DNA from: Promethearchaeota archaeon
Lineage (GTDB): Archaea > Asgardarchaeota > Lokiarchaeia > Sigyniarchaeales > SOKP01
Reading direction: 5' to 3'
Assembly (NCBI GenBank): GCA_019058445.1
Contig: JAHPZA010000009.1
Coordinates: 1-64,000, forward strand
DNA length: 64,000 nucleotides
The position numbers and the translations under genes were made by a program. The notes below the pieces were generated by a model. That model had not been told where the DNA came from. It saw nothing but the letters and a program-made list of their open reading frames with translations, and searched no databases. Below, one piece after another: positions 9,730 to 20,685 of the stretch (its first letter is position 1; the number at the start of each line of letters is the position of its first letter).

Positions 9730-10146
9730 TTATAAGCTACTCATCTTAAAATAGAGCTCTAATTTTTCTTTGAATTTATCAAAGTAAGATAATGTTCCGT
9801 CCCAGTTTTTAACATCCTCAGGTCTATACAACTCTTCGAAAATCCGGGCAATCACATCGCATTGCTTATCAATTTTTTTATCTTTCATACCTACATCGGT
9901 TCTGCATACAAGAATCGCATTCCCCTCGAGGAGGGATTTAAGGATAAATTTATGGTTTTCTAAGATAAAGCTGTTCAAGCCTTTTTCACTAAGATGTTGG
10001 CTGTACAATTTAATTGCTGAGACAAAACTTCCCATTAAAAATTTATCTAAACCCGTATCTTTAGAAAATTCTACAATTGGGATCCCCGCCTGTGAAAAAA
10101 TCCAGAGTTCCCTCAGTATAGAAGACATTTTTGAGTTTTTTGGCAT
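9730..10146 (-). CDS. Longin-like small protein
   Basis: LRELWIFSQAGIPI, LMGSFVSAIKLYS, W.G.LSYFDKF; paralog-like similarity to 989..1369. Confidence 0.7.
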   Translation of the reverse strand: MPKNSKMSSILRELWIFSQAGIPIVEFSKDTGLDKFLMGSFVSAIKLYSQHLSEKGLNSFILENHKFILKSLLEGNAILVCRTDVGMKDKKIDKQCDVIARIFEELYRPEDVKNWDGTLSYFDKFKEKLELYFKMSSL

Positions 10147-10167
10147 TAAAACCTTCCTTCCGTCCTT

Positions 10168-10500
10168 TTATGTTTTTGATGAGGATTCTAACAATATTGT
10201 TTTATATGTCTTATAACCTAAACGAATAATGATTGCAACAAATAATCCACCAAAAATATAAACAACTGCGACCATTAAGATAATGAGTTCTGCTTGTTCA
10301 AGCAATATTAAAATGATATTAAACACATACCCTACTAAAAACAAGATTATAAGCGCTTGAATTATGATCCACTTCTTAATTATATTTGTGCCAGGAAATA
10401 ATTCCTTTATTTTATTAACCAAGATTAAACCGTATAAGAAGAAAATAATTCCTCCAATGGAACAAATCAAGCTGAAATAAGAAATCCAATCTAAACTCAT
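10168..10500 (-). CDS. Small 3-TM membrane protein (start revised to ATG 10500)
   Basis: Three hydrophobic helices; the extension to 10593 looks like AT-rich intergenic DNA. Confidence 0.65.
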   Translation of the reverse strand: MSLDWISYFSLICSIGGIIFFLYGLILVNKIKELFPGTNIIKKWIIIQALIILFLVGYVFNIILILLEQAELIILMVAVVYIFGGLFVAIIIRLGYKTYKTILLESSSKT

Positions 10501-10699
10501 AATTTTATTCCCTTTGAATATATATATCTTATTAAGTATAATTAATCTTAGTATTTTAAAAATGTGTAATTTATGAAAATAAACTATAAACAATTTATTT
10601 CCTTAAATTAACTATTAGTAATTAAAATTAAATCTATTGTAGAAAATTTGATTTTACAAAAATTAAAAAGTATTCTCAAAGAATTAGAGATGAGTTAAA

Positions 10700-11869
10700 T
10701 TGAAACATGAAATTGTACGCATAGAACTCACCCCATTATATGTTCCTTTTAAAGAAGCTGTGCGAAAAGCTATGGGGGAAGGAGAAGGGACATTAGGAAT
10801 GGCTATCCCCGCCGAAGAAGCATGGCTCGGAGGTGATTTTGTAATTGCGAAACTAATTTGTAATGACGGTATTGAAGGGGTTGCTGAATCTTTTGTGTGG
10901 TTGCCTGAATCTGGAGTCTCTCCTTTACAGATTGTTGATGCGATAAAAGGAGGTTTAGCCAATTATGTTTTAGGAGAAAGTCCATTTAATATTGAGAAAA
11001 TTAATTGGCGGATGGATAATAACATAGCCCGCAGTGAAAATGCAAAAGGTTTGTTGGATATGGCATGTTATGATTTAATGGGAAAAATAACAGGACTCCC
11101 GGCTTGTTGTTTCATGGGGGGAAGAAATGTGGATGAAATCCCGCTCGCTGCCCTCATTCCACTTGGGGATCCTATGCTAATGAAAGGATTAGTGAGGAGC
11201 TATTTTAAGAGAGGATTTAGAACATTTCGATTAAAACTCGGAAAAAGTATTCAAGATGATGTAGAGATATGCGAAAAAATACGACGTGCTTTAGGGGATA
11301 AGATTAGATTGCGTGTAGATTACAATCAAGCATATACTCCAGCGATGGCAGTTCGCGCGATTAAAGCAATCGAACCTTTTGGTATAGATTATGCCGAGCA
11401 ACCTGTTCGCAAAGATGATTATATGGGTATGGCATATGTACAAAAACGGGTAGATACTCCTTTAATGTCTCATGAGGGATATTCTTCATTACGAGATTTT
11501 ATCACTCTAGTAGAAATGGGGGCAGTCGGTGTTCTTGGAATAAATTCTGAACGACCGGGAGGCGTTACGAATGCTAGAAAAGCATTAGATTATGCGATAA
11601 GTAAGGGTCTTACCGTAGTATTACATAACCAACCACTCGGAATTGCATCTGCCATGCATGTCCATTTTCATGCTGGACAATATTATGCAATTGATCATGC
11701 TACTGAATTATTCGGTCAGGAAATGATGGAAGATGATCTTATTGTAAATCCAATCGATTATAGCGGGGGTACAGCAAAAGTACCAGAGGGACCTGGTTGG
11801 GGAGTTGAGCTGGATGAAAATGCTCTGCAAAAATATGCTACAGCTCAAACTGTTATCTTAAAAAAGTAG
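10700..11869 (+). CDS. Enolase-superfamily enzyme (muconate cycloisomerase/mandelate racemase-like)
   Basis: LDMACYDLMGK, RVDYNQ, EQP, PEGPGWGVELD. Confidence 0.9.
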   Translation: MKHEIVRIELTPLYVPFKEAVRKAMGEGEGTLGMAIPAEEAWLGGDFVIAKLICNDGIEGVAESFVWLPESGVSPLQIVDAIKGGLANYVLGESPFNIEKINWRMDNNIARSENAKGLLDMACYDLMGKITGLPACCFMGGRNVDEIPLAALIPLGDPMLMKGLVRSYFKRGFRTFRLKLGKSIQDDVEICEKIRRALGDKIRLRVDYNQAYTPAMAVRAIKAIEPFGIDYAEQPVRKDDYMGMAYVQKRVDTPLMSHEGYSSLRDFITLVEMGAVGVLGINSERPGGVTNARKALDYAISKGLTVVLHNQPLGIASAMHVHFHAGQYYAIDHATELFGQEMMEDDLIVNPIDYSGGTAKVPEGPGWGVELDENALQKYATAQTVILKK

Positions 11870-11987
11870 AAATTTATAATAATCTAAGATTTTTTCGATT
11901 AATTAATTCCCCAAACAAAAAATTAAATAATATTTTATCAAAATAATATTAGTTCAAATTAGGAGATATGTTAGAGTGAATTAGATA

Positions 11988-13385
11988 ATGAGCGAAGAAG
12001 AAAAAATGACAGAAATGAGATATTCCACAAAAATCCACGCATCTTACGCGTTAGGGAGTTTTTTTGATGATTTCCTTATAACTTGTTTAGGCATAATGGT
12101 CTTTAAATTTTATGAAACCGAAATTTTTCTTCCGATATTATTCATAACCATCGCCATCACATTTTATGGAATTTGGAATATGATAAATGATCCAATCGCA
12201 GGCCATATATCTGATCTATCAATTCAATTTATGAAACATAAAGGTAAGCGGTTTACATGGTTTATAATTGCGTCAATTCCATGTGCTTTAATATTTATGT
12301 TCATATTTCTACCACCCTCGAGCAATATCTTACTTACTTTCATCTGGCTGTTGGTTATCCTATGTATCTTTGATACCTTATTTTCTTTTACTATGATTAA
12401 TTGGCAAAAAATATTTCCTGATAAATTCCGAACGCAAAAAGAACGTACAAAAGTAGGGGGTATTCAAATTCTTTTTTCTCTTTTTGGTTTGTTGCTTGGA
12501 TTGATTTTACCTATTTTATTCATAACGACCGGATCACCAGGAACTAATACTGCATCATATTTTATTGTAGCTTCCATGATTTCGATAATATGTGTAATAG
12601 TTGTTATAATGATGTTGTTTGGTATGCGCGAAGATGAGGAGATGATTGCTCGTTCATTTCGAGTTGTTAAAAAGGAGGAAACACAAGAATCTTTTCTTAA
12701 AAAATTGAAATTTGCATTAAGCCAAAAAAATTTCGTTTCCTATCTTATGGCTTATCTTGCCCAAACAACAGTGATGGTACTTATGCTTGCTTCCTTACCC
12801 TATTGGGTGCAATATGTTGTAAAAGTTGATGAAGTTACCGTATTATTAAATTTATTTGCCTTTCTATTAGCAAGTGTATGCTCTTCTCCATTCTGGATCT
12901 GGATTGCTCGAAAATATGGAAATAGAATTGGGTATATGTGTGGAACTGGAGGTACTGCAACTTTTTTAATTATAACTATGTTTATTAGAGATTATCCTTT
13001 TTTTATAATTGGGTTTATATGTATTGGTATTAGTATGGGAGCAACGTGGAGCTTAATTTATGTAACATTCTCGGATGTTATTGATGAAGTGGTATTGAAA
13101 ACAGGGAAACGGGAAGAAGGTGTCTACTATGGATTTAGAACTTTTTTCGGGAGGCTTTCTATTGTTATTCAAGCATTAGCATTTGGAATTATACATACCA
13201 TAACCAGATTCGATCCTCGATCCGCTACTCAATCTATAGAAGCTCAATGGGGGATATCTATAGGGATGTTTGCAGTGCCAGCGTTCTTCTATATCTTAGG
13301 GTTTTTATTTATGTGGAAAGTGTATGATCTTAAACCTGATAAAGTTCAAACAATAAAAAACAAGTTAAAAGAGCTGAATCTTTAA
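11988..13385 (+). CDS. MFS transporter, GPH (glycoside-pentoside-hexuronide) family
   Basis: WNMINDPIAGHISD, SDVIDE...TGKREEGVYYG; about 12 TM helices. Confidence 0.9.
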   Translation: MSEEEKMTEMRYSTKIHASYALGSFFDDFLITCLGIMVFKFYETEIFLPILFITIAITFYGIWNMINDPIAGHISDLSIQFMKHKGKRFTWFIIASIPCALIFMFIFLPPSSNILLTFIWLLVILCIFDTLFSFTMINWQKIFPDKFRTQKERTKVGGIQILFSLFGLLLGLILPILFITTGSPGTNTASYFIVASMISIICVIVVIMMLFGMREDEEMIARSFRVVKKEETQESFLKKLKFALSQKNFVSYLMAYLAQTTVMVLMLASLPYWVQYVVKVDEVTVLLNLFAFLLASVCSSPFWIWIARKYGNRIGYMCGTGGTATFLIITMFIRDYPFFIIGFICIGISMGATWSLIYVTFSDVIDEVVLKTGKREEGVYYGFRTFFGRLSIVIQALAFGIIHTITRFDPRSATQSIEAQWGISIGMFAVPAFFYILGFLFMWKVYDLKPDKVQTIKNKLKELNL

Positions 13386-13435
13386 TATATTCAGCTAATT
13401 AAACTGTAGTTTATTATAAAATTTATAATAAAATT

Positions 13436-14938
13436 TTATTTTTTTGGTATTATTACAGTAAATACGCTTCCTTTATGCCTTCCTCGCGAAACTGCTGAGA
13501 TATGTCCATTATGCAACTCCACTATTTCTTTCGAAATATAGAGTCCAAGCCCAGAACCCTGAATATCAATGTATTCAAGTCCTTCTCCATAACGCTCAAT
13601 TTTCCCAAATCGGGTAAAGATCCGGTTTAATTCGCTTTTAGTTAACCCTACACCTGTATCTTTGACCGAAATTATGGCGGAATTATTAATATCTTGCAAA
13701 TTAATAGTTATTTCTCCTTTAGGGGGTGTACATTTTATGGCGTTTGATAATAGATTGGTTATGACCTGTCCAATTCTTATCTTATCAATGGATATTAGAA
13801 AGGTTTCAGGCAATTCTAAGTTTAATGTGATCTGCCTTTCATTAATAAAATGCATCATATCAAATACACTTTCTCTGATGATTTTACTTAGATTCGCTTC
13901 TTCAAAGCTCAGGTCAATTTTTCTAAATTCTATTTTTGATGTGTCCAGTAAATGGTCCACCAATATCATTAATCGTTTTACTCCTCGATCTATTATCTCT
14001 ACAAGTTCTAATGCATCATTTCCAAGTTGATCCTTAAATATCTCTAGGAGTAGTTCCGAAGAACCAAATATACTCATAATGGGCGTTTTTAATTCATGAG
14101 AAACTCTTGATATTAAATCTTTTCTAATTTGGTCAAGGTCTTTTAACTTCTCAAGCTCCTGTATAATCATTTGTTCAGCTTCTTTTTCTTTTGAAATATC
14201 ATAAATCATAGTTTGAATGAATTTTTCATTTTCAATTTCTACTAACGATGCTTGTGCTCTTATCCATGTCAATTTTCCATTTTTGTTATAATATTGGAGG
14301 TCTACTGGTTCAATAGAACCTTTTTTTAATACCTCTTTAAACTTTTTAACAGAGATGGCTTCAAAATTTAGGGGGATAACTTTATTTAATTCTCTAAAAT
14401 CTTTGTTTAATAAATCTTTTTTTTTATATCCTGTAAAAGAAATGAGCTTTTTATTAAAATCAACGATCTTCCCTTCCATATTCATTAAGATAATCATGAA
14501 CGGGGAGCTCTCAAACAAATGACGGAATTTTTTTTCAGATTCCATCATTTTTTGTTCAGCGAGCTTACTTTCGGTAATATCTTTCCCTACTCCCAAGATA
14601 GCATAAACTTTTCCGTCTTTAAATAAGGGAATAGGGTATGCGTCTATATAGATAAAATCACCATTCTTTTTTTTAACTTTATATTCAGTACGTCCAGAGC
14701 TTCTGCCAAATTCAACTGTTTCTTCCGTTTTAGTGTAGGCTTTTACCAGATCCTCCTTTTCGACTACATCTTTAAACGCTAGAGAGGGAAGATCTTCACG
14801 AGTATACCCTAGTGTCTCTAATGCAATATCATTAGCATCAAGAAAATTTCCCTTTAAATCGTTTATATAAATTAAATCTAAAGAATAATTAAATAAATAT
14901 TGAAATTTTTCTCTAATTTCCTCTATAATATCCTTCAT
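13436..14938 (-). CDS. Soluble PAS-PAS histidine kinase
   Basis: Two PAS domains, SHELKTP, NLLSNAIK, DTGVG, GSGLGL. Confidence 0.95.
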   Translation of the reverse strand: MKDIIEEIREKFQYLFNYSLDLIYINDLKGNFLDANDIALETLGYTREDLPSLAFKDVVEKEDLVKAYTKTEETVEFGRSSGRTEYKVKKKNGDFIYIDAYPIPLFKDGKVYAILGVGKDITESKLAEQKMMESEKKFRHLFESSPFMIILMNMEGKIVDFNKKLISFTGYKKKDLLNKDFRELNKVIPLNFEAISVKKFKEVLKKGSIEPVDLQYYNKNGKLTWIRAQASLVEIENEKFIQTMIYDISKEKEAEQMIIQELEKLKDLDQIRKDLISRVSHELKTPIMSIFGSSELLLEIFKDQLGNDALELVEIIDRGVKRLMILVDHLLDTSKIEFRKIDLSFEEANLSKIIRESVFDMMHFINERQITLNLELPETFLISIDKIRIGQVITNLLSNAIKCTPPKGEITINLQDINNSAIISVKDTGVGLTKSELNRIFTRFGKIERYGEGLEYIDIQGSGLGLYISKEIVELHNGHISAVSRGRHKGSVFTVIIPKK

Positions 14939-15184
14939 AATTCTCCGAAAATTAACATTAGTATTCTTAAAATATTATTTAAACATAAATTCTTCATTGA
15001 ATGCCAAAAAATCAATTCCGTTTTATTATCTCTTTAAAGTTGCTTAAATATTTTCCCTAATTTTTTACCAAATTGCCTATTTTAATAAATTTGTAAAATA
15101 AGTTATATTAAAATTCTTTGATAATCATCTATAAATTAAAAAAAATAAGCTTAAATTACTATTTTTAAGGTTTTGTAAGCTAAT

Positions 15185-15208
15185 TTCGTGAAATTACGGT
15201 TTCACGAA
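15185..15208. terminator. Perfect 9-bp hairpin downstream of the DUF166 gene
   Basis: TTCGTGAAA-ttacgg-TTTCACGAA. Confidence 0.5.
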
Positions 15209-15243
15209 CAATAGAATGAGAAAAAATAAATCTTATTAAAAAG

Positions 15244-16143
15244 CTATTTTATGACATAAGTAAGTTTTTGGCCCTCTTCTTCTTCTAAATTCAATTCCCG
15301 TCTAACAGCATTTCTAATTAAATATCCTCCAACATGAAGGATAGAGTCTTTTAAAATTGAATCTTGATCCATTGAGGCATTACATGGATAGGCATGATGA
15401 GCTTTACTAATTCTTTCATTAAGGGAAAGTTCCCCGCTTTTACCATTTTTAAAATATTTTGACTTTAATTGCTGAACAATATAATACGTAGAACCACAGG
15501 GAGCAGTCTGAATTACACATGCATCTTCAATTGATTCGCCATCCTTGCTTAAGAGAAATGATACAATTGGCTCACCAATCTTGAAAAATTCTATGAATTT
15601 ATTTATATAGTCTCGTTCTTTAGTGAGATGAAATCCTACTTGATTATACTCATTTATCTCTGTGCTTAATGAACAAAACGGTTTTGGAAATGCCGCTTGG
15701 ATGCTATTTTTTTCAAATTCTTCTAATACCTGTGTTTGTAACCCCGCTGGAACCCATTTAGGATCCTCTATTGGAACTATGACTGCTTTTATTCCTTTGT
15801 CTTTTAAATAATCTGGTAGTCCAGATAATAAATCTTGATGAATCCCAACAACCAATAAGAAATCTACAGGTGGAAGATTTTTAGGAAAATATTCATCTGG
15901 TTCCTCTACAAATTCAGGAGCATTTTCTCCTATTTTTTCATAGAAGTAAATTGAACTCGCATAACTTTTAACATATTCTCTACATTTATCACATTTCACA
16001 CTCATTTCCAAATTTTCACACGCTTTACAAAACTCTTCCGTGTTTATGAGGTTGCCCACAAATTTCTGGGTTAACATTTCTGTATCTGGCCCTTTGCCGT
16101 AAAAAACTCCTAATGTATAATTTTCACTCATCATGAGAACCAT
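15244..16143 (-). CDS. DUF166-family archaeal protein
   Basis: FVEEPDEY.P, PKPFCSL, TAPCGSTYY, HHAYPCNASM. Confidence 0.75.
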   Translation of the reverse strand: MVLMMSENYTLGVFYGKGPDTEMLTQKFVGNLINTEEFCKACENLEMSVKCDKCREYVKSYASSIYFYEKIGENAPEFVEEPDEYFPKNLPPVDFLLVVGIHQDLLSGLPDYLKDKGIKAVIVPIEDPKWVPAGLQTQVLEEFEKNSIQAAFPKPFCSLSTEINEYNQVGFHLTKERDYINKFIEFFKIGEPIVSFLLSKDGESIEDACVIQTAPCGSTYYIVQQLKSKYFKNGKSGELSLNERISKAHHAYPCNASMDQDSILKDSILHVGGYLIRNAVRRELNLEEEEGQKLTYVIK

Positions 16144-16302
16144 ATTTTATTAATTTATATCTATTTTTTTAATAATTAATAAATCATTTAACGTTTAGGC
16201 TGAACATGTTCAGAGTAGCAAAAATTATATTTTTGAGCAATATTAAATTGAAGAAGTTAAATTATTTCGTTCATTCTATATAAGTAATTAGGATTATCAG
16301 TC

Positions 16303-17988
16303 ATGAATAAGTGTCTTGTAGTGAGCAAACCGAGCAAAAATGATAATATTGATGAGGATATGGAAGATGTTTCTTTTATGTTCAGGCATAAAGTTCCATT
16401 TAGTCTAAAATTTTTTATCAAAGATTTAGAAATTTCTAAAAGAGATTTCTTTACTCTGTTTTTAATTTTAAACTCTTTAGTATTTTTAATATTAGGACAA
16501 ATCGGTTTAGAACTATTGATAATGGATACAGCAAGACCTCATGGAGAATATTTTGAATGGGCGGGGATTTTTTTTGGTATTTTATTTGGATTAATTATTT
16601 CAATATTTTTTGTAGATTATATTAAAAATCCATTATCCTTTATCAAATACGTTTTAACTTTTTCTTTAATAATAACATTTATTCAGCTCTTATTGTTTTT
16701 ATTAGGATTGTACGTTATTTTAAATCTATTTTTCTTTATAAACACCTTTTTTATAATTATTGCACTAATACTAAATGGAAAACTAATTCTTTTAAAAACA
16801 ACAATTTTAGAACGAGCAAGTATTTGGTCATTTCTATTTATACTAAGTTTTTTAGTTATTGCTATCGTATTTAGTACTTTAATTTTTAACATTATGATAA
16901 TTTTCCCTGTTTCATTTATCATATTTACAGTTATAATCCTCCATACAACTGAATATAAAGATATAATTATTTTCCAAAAACCCAAAAAATATGAGAAAAG
17001 TAGTGTTAATGTAGATTTAATTAAATATTATATGTTTTTCTCGTTTTTTGGTCTAACAGCAGGTTTAGCTTCGCCTATAGAAGGATCTTTAGAAATATTT
17101 GCTAGTTCTTTAGGAGGAAATATTGCTCTCGTATTTATAATCATTATATTATTTTCTATTATAGCATCTTTTTTAATAGGAATAATCTTTGATTATTTCG
17201 GAAGAATCGGAGCTTTATCTTATGTAATTTTTGCAATTGGTTTTGCAAATTATATTCATCTTTTTCATTTTAGGGCACAAGATTTAACTTTCGCAGGAGT
17301 CTTTGCCGCATATATCGCATTGGTAATGTGTGTACCTTTATTAATTGGAGATTCAACTACTCGTGATAAATACGGAAAGACATTATCTTTTTCATATTTA
17401 CTAATTGGGCTTGGAATATTGTTTGGTATGTATTTACGTATTTCAATCCCTATCTTAATTTTAAATATAATTCTTGCTGAAAATGTAATCTCTGGTACAA
17501 TTTTTATGTCTTGTATGTTTTGCTTGATTTTTCTATTAAACATGAGGGAGACTCTACCTTCTAAGGAGCAGGAATGGAAAAATTTTTTAATCCACATGTA
17601 CGTCATCCACGATTCAGGAATTTTATTATACGAACATAGTTTTATAAAAGAGAAACATGAATCTGGAGAAAAAGCTGTGCCATCAGACTTAAAAGCAGGT
17701 GGTATTATAGGAATAAAAAATATATTAAAGGAAATTGTAAGAGGAGAAAAAGAGGTAAGGACTATCGATCATGGAGACAGAATATTAATACTAAAAATGA
17801 GCGGATCGGTTGTTTTTGCCTTAGTAATAAAAGAAAAATCAATAGTCATCAGAAAAAAGCTTGAACTCTTTATTGAGGATTTTAATAAAGGATACAAAGA
17901 TTTTACAAATGATATTAGTATGACAGGGATTGATATGAGAATCTTCAAACCAATCAAATTACTTGCTAGAAAACATTTTGGCAAATAA
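16303..17988 (+). CDS. Polytopic (MFS-like) membrane protein with C-terminal longin-like domain
   Basis: About 12 TM helices incl. IFDYFGR; then MYVIHDSGILLYEHSF...AGGIIGI...IDHGD. Confidence 0.7.
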   Translation: MNKCLVVSKPSKNDNIDEDMEDVSFMFRHKVPFSLKFFIKDLEISKRDFFTLFLILNSLVFLILGQIGLELLIMDTARPHGEYFEWAGIFFGILFGLIISIFFVDYIKNPLSFIKYVLTFSLIITFIQLLLFLLGLYVILNLFFFINTFFIIIALILNGKLILLKTTILERASIWSFLFILSFLVIAIVFSTLIFNIMIIFPVSFIIFTVIILHTTEYKDIIIFQKPKKYEKSSVNVDLIKYYMFFSFFGLTAGLASPIEGSLEIFASSLGGNIALVFIIIILFSIIASFLIGIIFDYFGRIGALSYVIFAIGFANYIHLFHFRAQDLTFAGVFAAYIALVMCVPLLIGDSTTRDKYGKTLSFSYLLIGLGILFGMYLRISIPILILNIILAENVISGTIFMSCMFCLIFLLNMRETLPSKEQEWKNFLIHMYVIHDSGILLYEHSFIKEKHESGEKAVPSDLKAGGIIGIKNILKEIVRGEKEVRTIDHGDRILILKMSGSVVFALVIKEKSIVIRKKLELFIEDFNKGYKDFTNDISMTGIDMRIFKPIKLLARKHFGK

Positions 17989-18131
17989 AAAATTTAAGTA
18001 AAAATAGAGATATTCTGCACAATGGATTGATAAAAGGATTTATTTTTATTACTGAATTTAAATATCATAGAGAAAATTAATCCTTTAATGTTTATATTGC
18101 TCTGAACTAAAGCAATACTGAAATATTTAAA

Positions 18132-18974
18132 ATGGTCGCCGAGAAAATTGAACAGAAGATAATTAACGATTTAAAAGAAGAATTACCAGAGTTAGCATTA
18201 GGTGGTAAGAACAATTTCTCATTAAATCAATATAAGAGTAAAAAGAATTTTGTCTATGACTTAATATTTACTAAAAAGCCAAAAAATTTCCCAAAAGAAT
18301 TAATTTTAAAAATATTCAGAACAGAAAATGCTGAACATGAGTATAATATCTATAAACGATTAGAAAAGCAAAATATTTCAATTCCCAAGGTATTGTTCTT
18401 TAATAATCCATATCTCTTGCTTGAAAAAGTTAAAGGGATAAATCTCTGTGACGTTATTAACAATAATTTAATTAATAAAATTAAACTTGATGAATTAAAT
18501 CCAAGCGTTCTTGACTTACTGGTCCTAAGTATTCATAAACTAGCTGCATGGATCGCTCACCTACATAGTCAAAATATAGTGAATAAGACTGATCCTTCCA
18601 ACATTATAGTATTAAATAAAGGAGATACTCGATTGAGAGATTTTATCATTGATATTAGCAATGAGACAGTGTACGGATTTGATTTTGAAGATGCCTATGA
18701 AGGAAATTATCTAGATGATTTAGTATGGATATGTTGTGCGCTTTTAGATACCGATCCGGGAATATTTGAAATGTTTGAGCCAGTCCATAAGACTGAACTA
18801 ATTAATATCTTCCTGAAAGAATATTTTCGAATAAATACTAATTTTCAATTTTCATTTCAATATTTTGCAGAAAAATTAATTGAAAATCTAAACATTGTAA
18901 TTGAAAGAAGGTCTCTTGAATTTGGTCCAGTAAGCAAGGATTCTATTTTGCAAAATATTTCTAAAGACTATTAA
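18132..18974 (+). CDS. Kinase-like phosphotransferase (APH/RIO/Kdo-like fold)
   Basis: ILKIF, HEY, LLLEKVKG, KGDTRLRDF, FDFED. Confidence 0.75.
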   Translation: MVAEKIEQKIINDLKEELPELALGGKNNFSLNQYKSKKNFVYDLIFTKKPKNFPKELILKIFRTENAEHEYNIYKRLEKQNISIPKVLFFNNPYLLLEKVKGINLCDVINNNLINKIKLDELNPSVLDLLVLSIHKLAAWIAHLHSQNIVNKTDPSNIIVLNKGDTRLRDFIIDISNETVYGFDFEDAYEGNYLDDLVWICCALLDTDPGIFEMFEPVHKTELINIFLKEYFRINTNFQFSFQYFAEKLIENLNIVIERRSLEFGPVSKDSILQNISKDY

Positions 18975-19032
18975 GTCATTTGTAGAGGTTTAGTACTTAA
19001 TTATTTTAACAAATAAATCATTAGAATAATTT

Positions 19033-20685
19033 ATGTCAGATCAAAAAGTATATTATAGATTTTGGCCAGATGGCGTGCCGAAAGAAATTGATATTCCAGA
19101 CACAACTCTCGTAGCTTTTCTAGAGGATAGCGTCAAAAAGTATCCGGATAATGTGGTTACTTATTTTATGGGGTTCGAATTGACGTACACCCAATTACTT
19201 GATATTGTGTACCGAGTAGCAACAAAATTGACAGAACTCGGACTTAAAAAAGGTGATTGCGTGGCGATCCATTTTACAAATAATCCTGCGTTTGTATGCT
19301 ACTATTATGGTATTTTAAAAATGGGGTGTATAGTAACTTGTATCTCTCCATTATTTAAGAGTCTTGAAATAAAACGACAATTAAATGACAGTGAAGCTAA
19401 GGTATATATTGGCTGGGAGGGTTTTAGCGGGATGGTAGATCCAGTTATTGAAGAGACTGGAGTACAACAAAAATTTTATAGTAATCTTTCGCCCTTTCTA
19501 TCTCCTGATCCCATGGCCCCCCCTGAGTATCCTATGGGTGGCGAGCCTACTTTCGAAGATATTATACGAGAAACTAAACCAAATCCTCCTGATGTTACTA
19601 TAACTGGAGATGATCTTGCTATGCTTCAATATACTGGAGGTACGACGGGATTCCCTAAAGGAGCCATGCTCACTCATGGAAGTATTACTTCAAATGTATT
19701 TCAAGCAGAATCGTGGTTCGTGGATAAAGAACCCGGAAAAGAAGTTCTTCTTGCGGCGTTACCTTTTTACCATATCTATATGGGATTTATGATGAATATG
19801 ACCATCCATTCTGGCTGGAAACTTGCATGTGTATTTAATCCCCGTGAAGCTCATGAAGTAATTGAAGTGATTGAGGCAACTAAGGTGACAGTATTTCCTG
19901 GGGTTGCAGCACTATATAACAATCTCAATAACTATGAAGTTATAGAAAAGCATGATTTATCTAGTATAAAATATTGTTTAAGTTCTGCTGGACCCCTTCC
20001 AGACGAGATTAGAAGAACTTTTGAGAAATTGACTGGGGCTAAACTCCGAGAGGCATATGGTTTAACAGAGATGTCTCCTGCGGTTACCGCAAATCCCTTT
20101 GAAGGTAAATTTAAAACAGGATCAATCGGGATGCCCTTTCCCAACACAGAGGTAAAAATTGTAGATTCGCAAGGAAAAACACGTGGAATCAATGAAATAG
20201 GGGAGCTGGTTTGTAGAGGTCCACAAATGATGAAAGGGTACTATAAAAGAGAAGAAGAAACGAATAATACTATGAAAAAACTTGATGATGGGAAAATGTG
20301 GTTATTTACTGGAGATATGGCACTGATGGATGAAGATGGCTATTTCGTAATTAAGGATAGATTAAAGAATTTAATAAAATACAAGGGGCATTCAGTATAC
20401 CCTACGGAAGTCGAAGATTTATTGTATAATCACGAAGCTATTGAAGAGTGTGGCGTTATAGGAATTATTGATGAAGAAGGAAAGGAGAATATTAAAGCGT
20501 TCGTGGTTCTCAAGGAAGAGTTCAAGGAGAAGGGAATAACTGAGCAGGAAATAATTGATTGGGCTCGAGAAAATATGGCTTTTGATAAATATCCCCGATT
20601 TGTAGAATTTATTGATGAAATACCTAAGACAATTGTGGGTAAAGTCCTCCATCGGGAATTAAGAGATTTGGAAGACCAAAAATAA
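19033..20685 (+). CDS. Long-chain fatty acid-CoA ligase
   Basis: YTGGTTGFPKG, YGLTE, TGD, PKTIVGK. Confidence 0.93.
   Translation: MSDQKVYYRFWPDGVPKEIDIPDTTLVAFLEDSVKKYPDNVVTYFMGFELTYTQLLDIVYRVATKLTELGLKKGDCVAIHFTNNPAFVCYYYGILKMGCIVTCISPLFKSLEIKRQLNDSEAKVYIGWEGFSGMVDPVIEETGVQQKFYSNLSPFLSPDPMAPPEYPMGGEPTFEDIIRETKPNPPDVTITGDDLAMLQYTGGTTGFPKGAMLTHGSITSNVFQAESWFVDKEPGKEVLLAALPFYHIYMGFMMNMTIHSGWKLACVFNPREAHEVIEVIEATKVTVFPGVAALYNNLNNYEVIEKHDLSSIKYCLSSAGPLPDEIRRTFEKLTGAKLREAYGLTEMSPAVTANPFEGKFKTGSIGMPFPNTEVKIVDSQGKTRGINEIGELVCRGPQMMKGYYKREEETNNTMKKLDDGKMWLFTGDMALMDEDGYFVIKDRLKNLIKYKGHSVYPTEVEDLLYNHEAIEECGVIGIIDEEGKENIKAFVVLKEEFKEKGITEQEIIDWARENMAFDKYPRFVEFIDEIPKTIVGKVLHRELRDLEDQK

Noticed and set aside
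15181-15210. Second BHB element (shares CGTGAAA...CACGAA with the intron)
   Set aside because: It is intergenic and folds as a simple perfect hairpin with no bulges or intron stem; probably a terminator or operator
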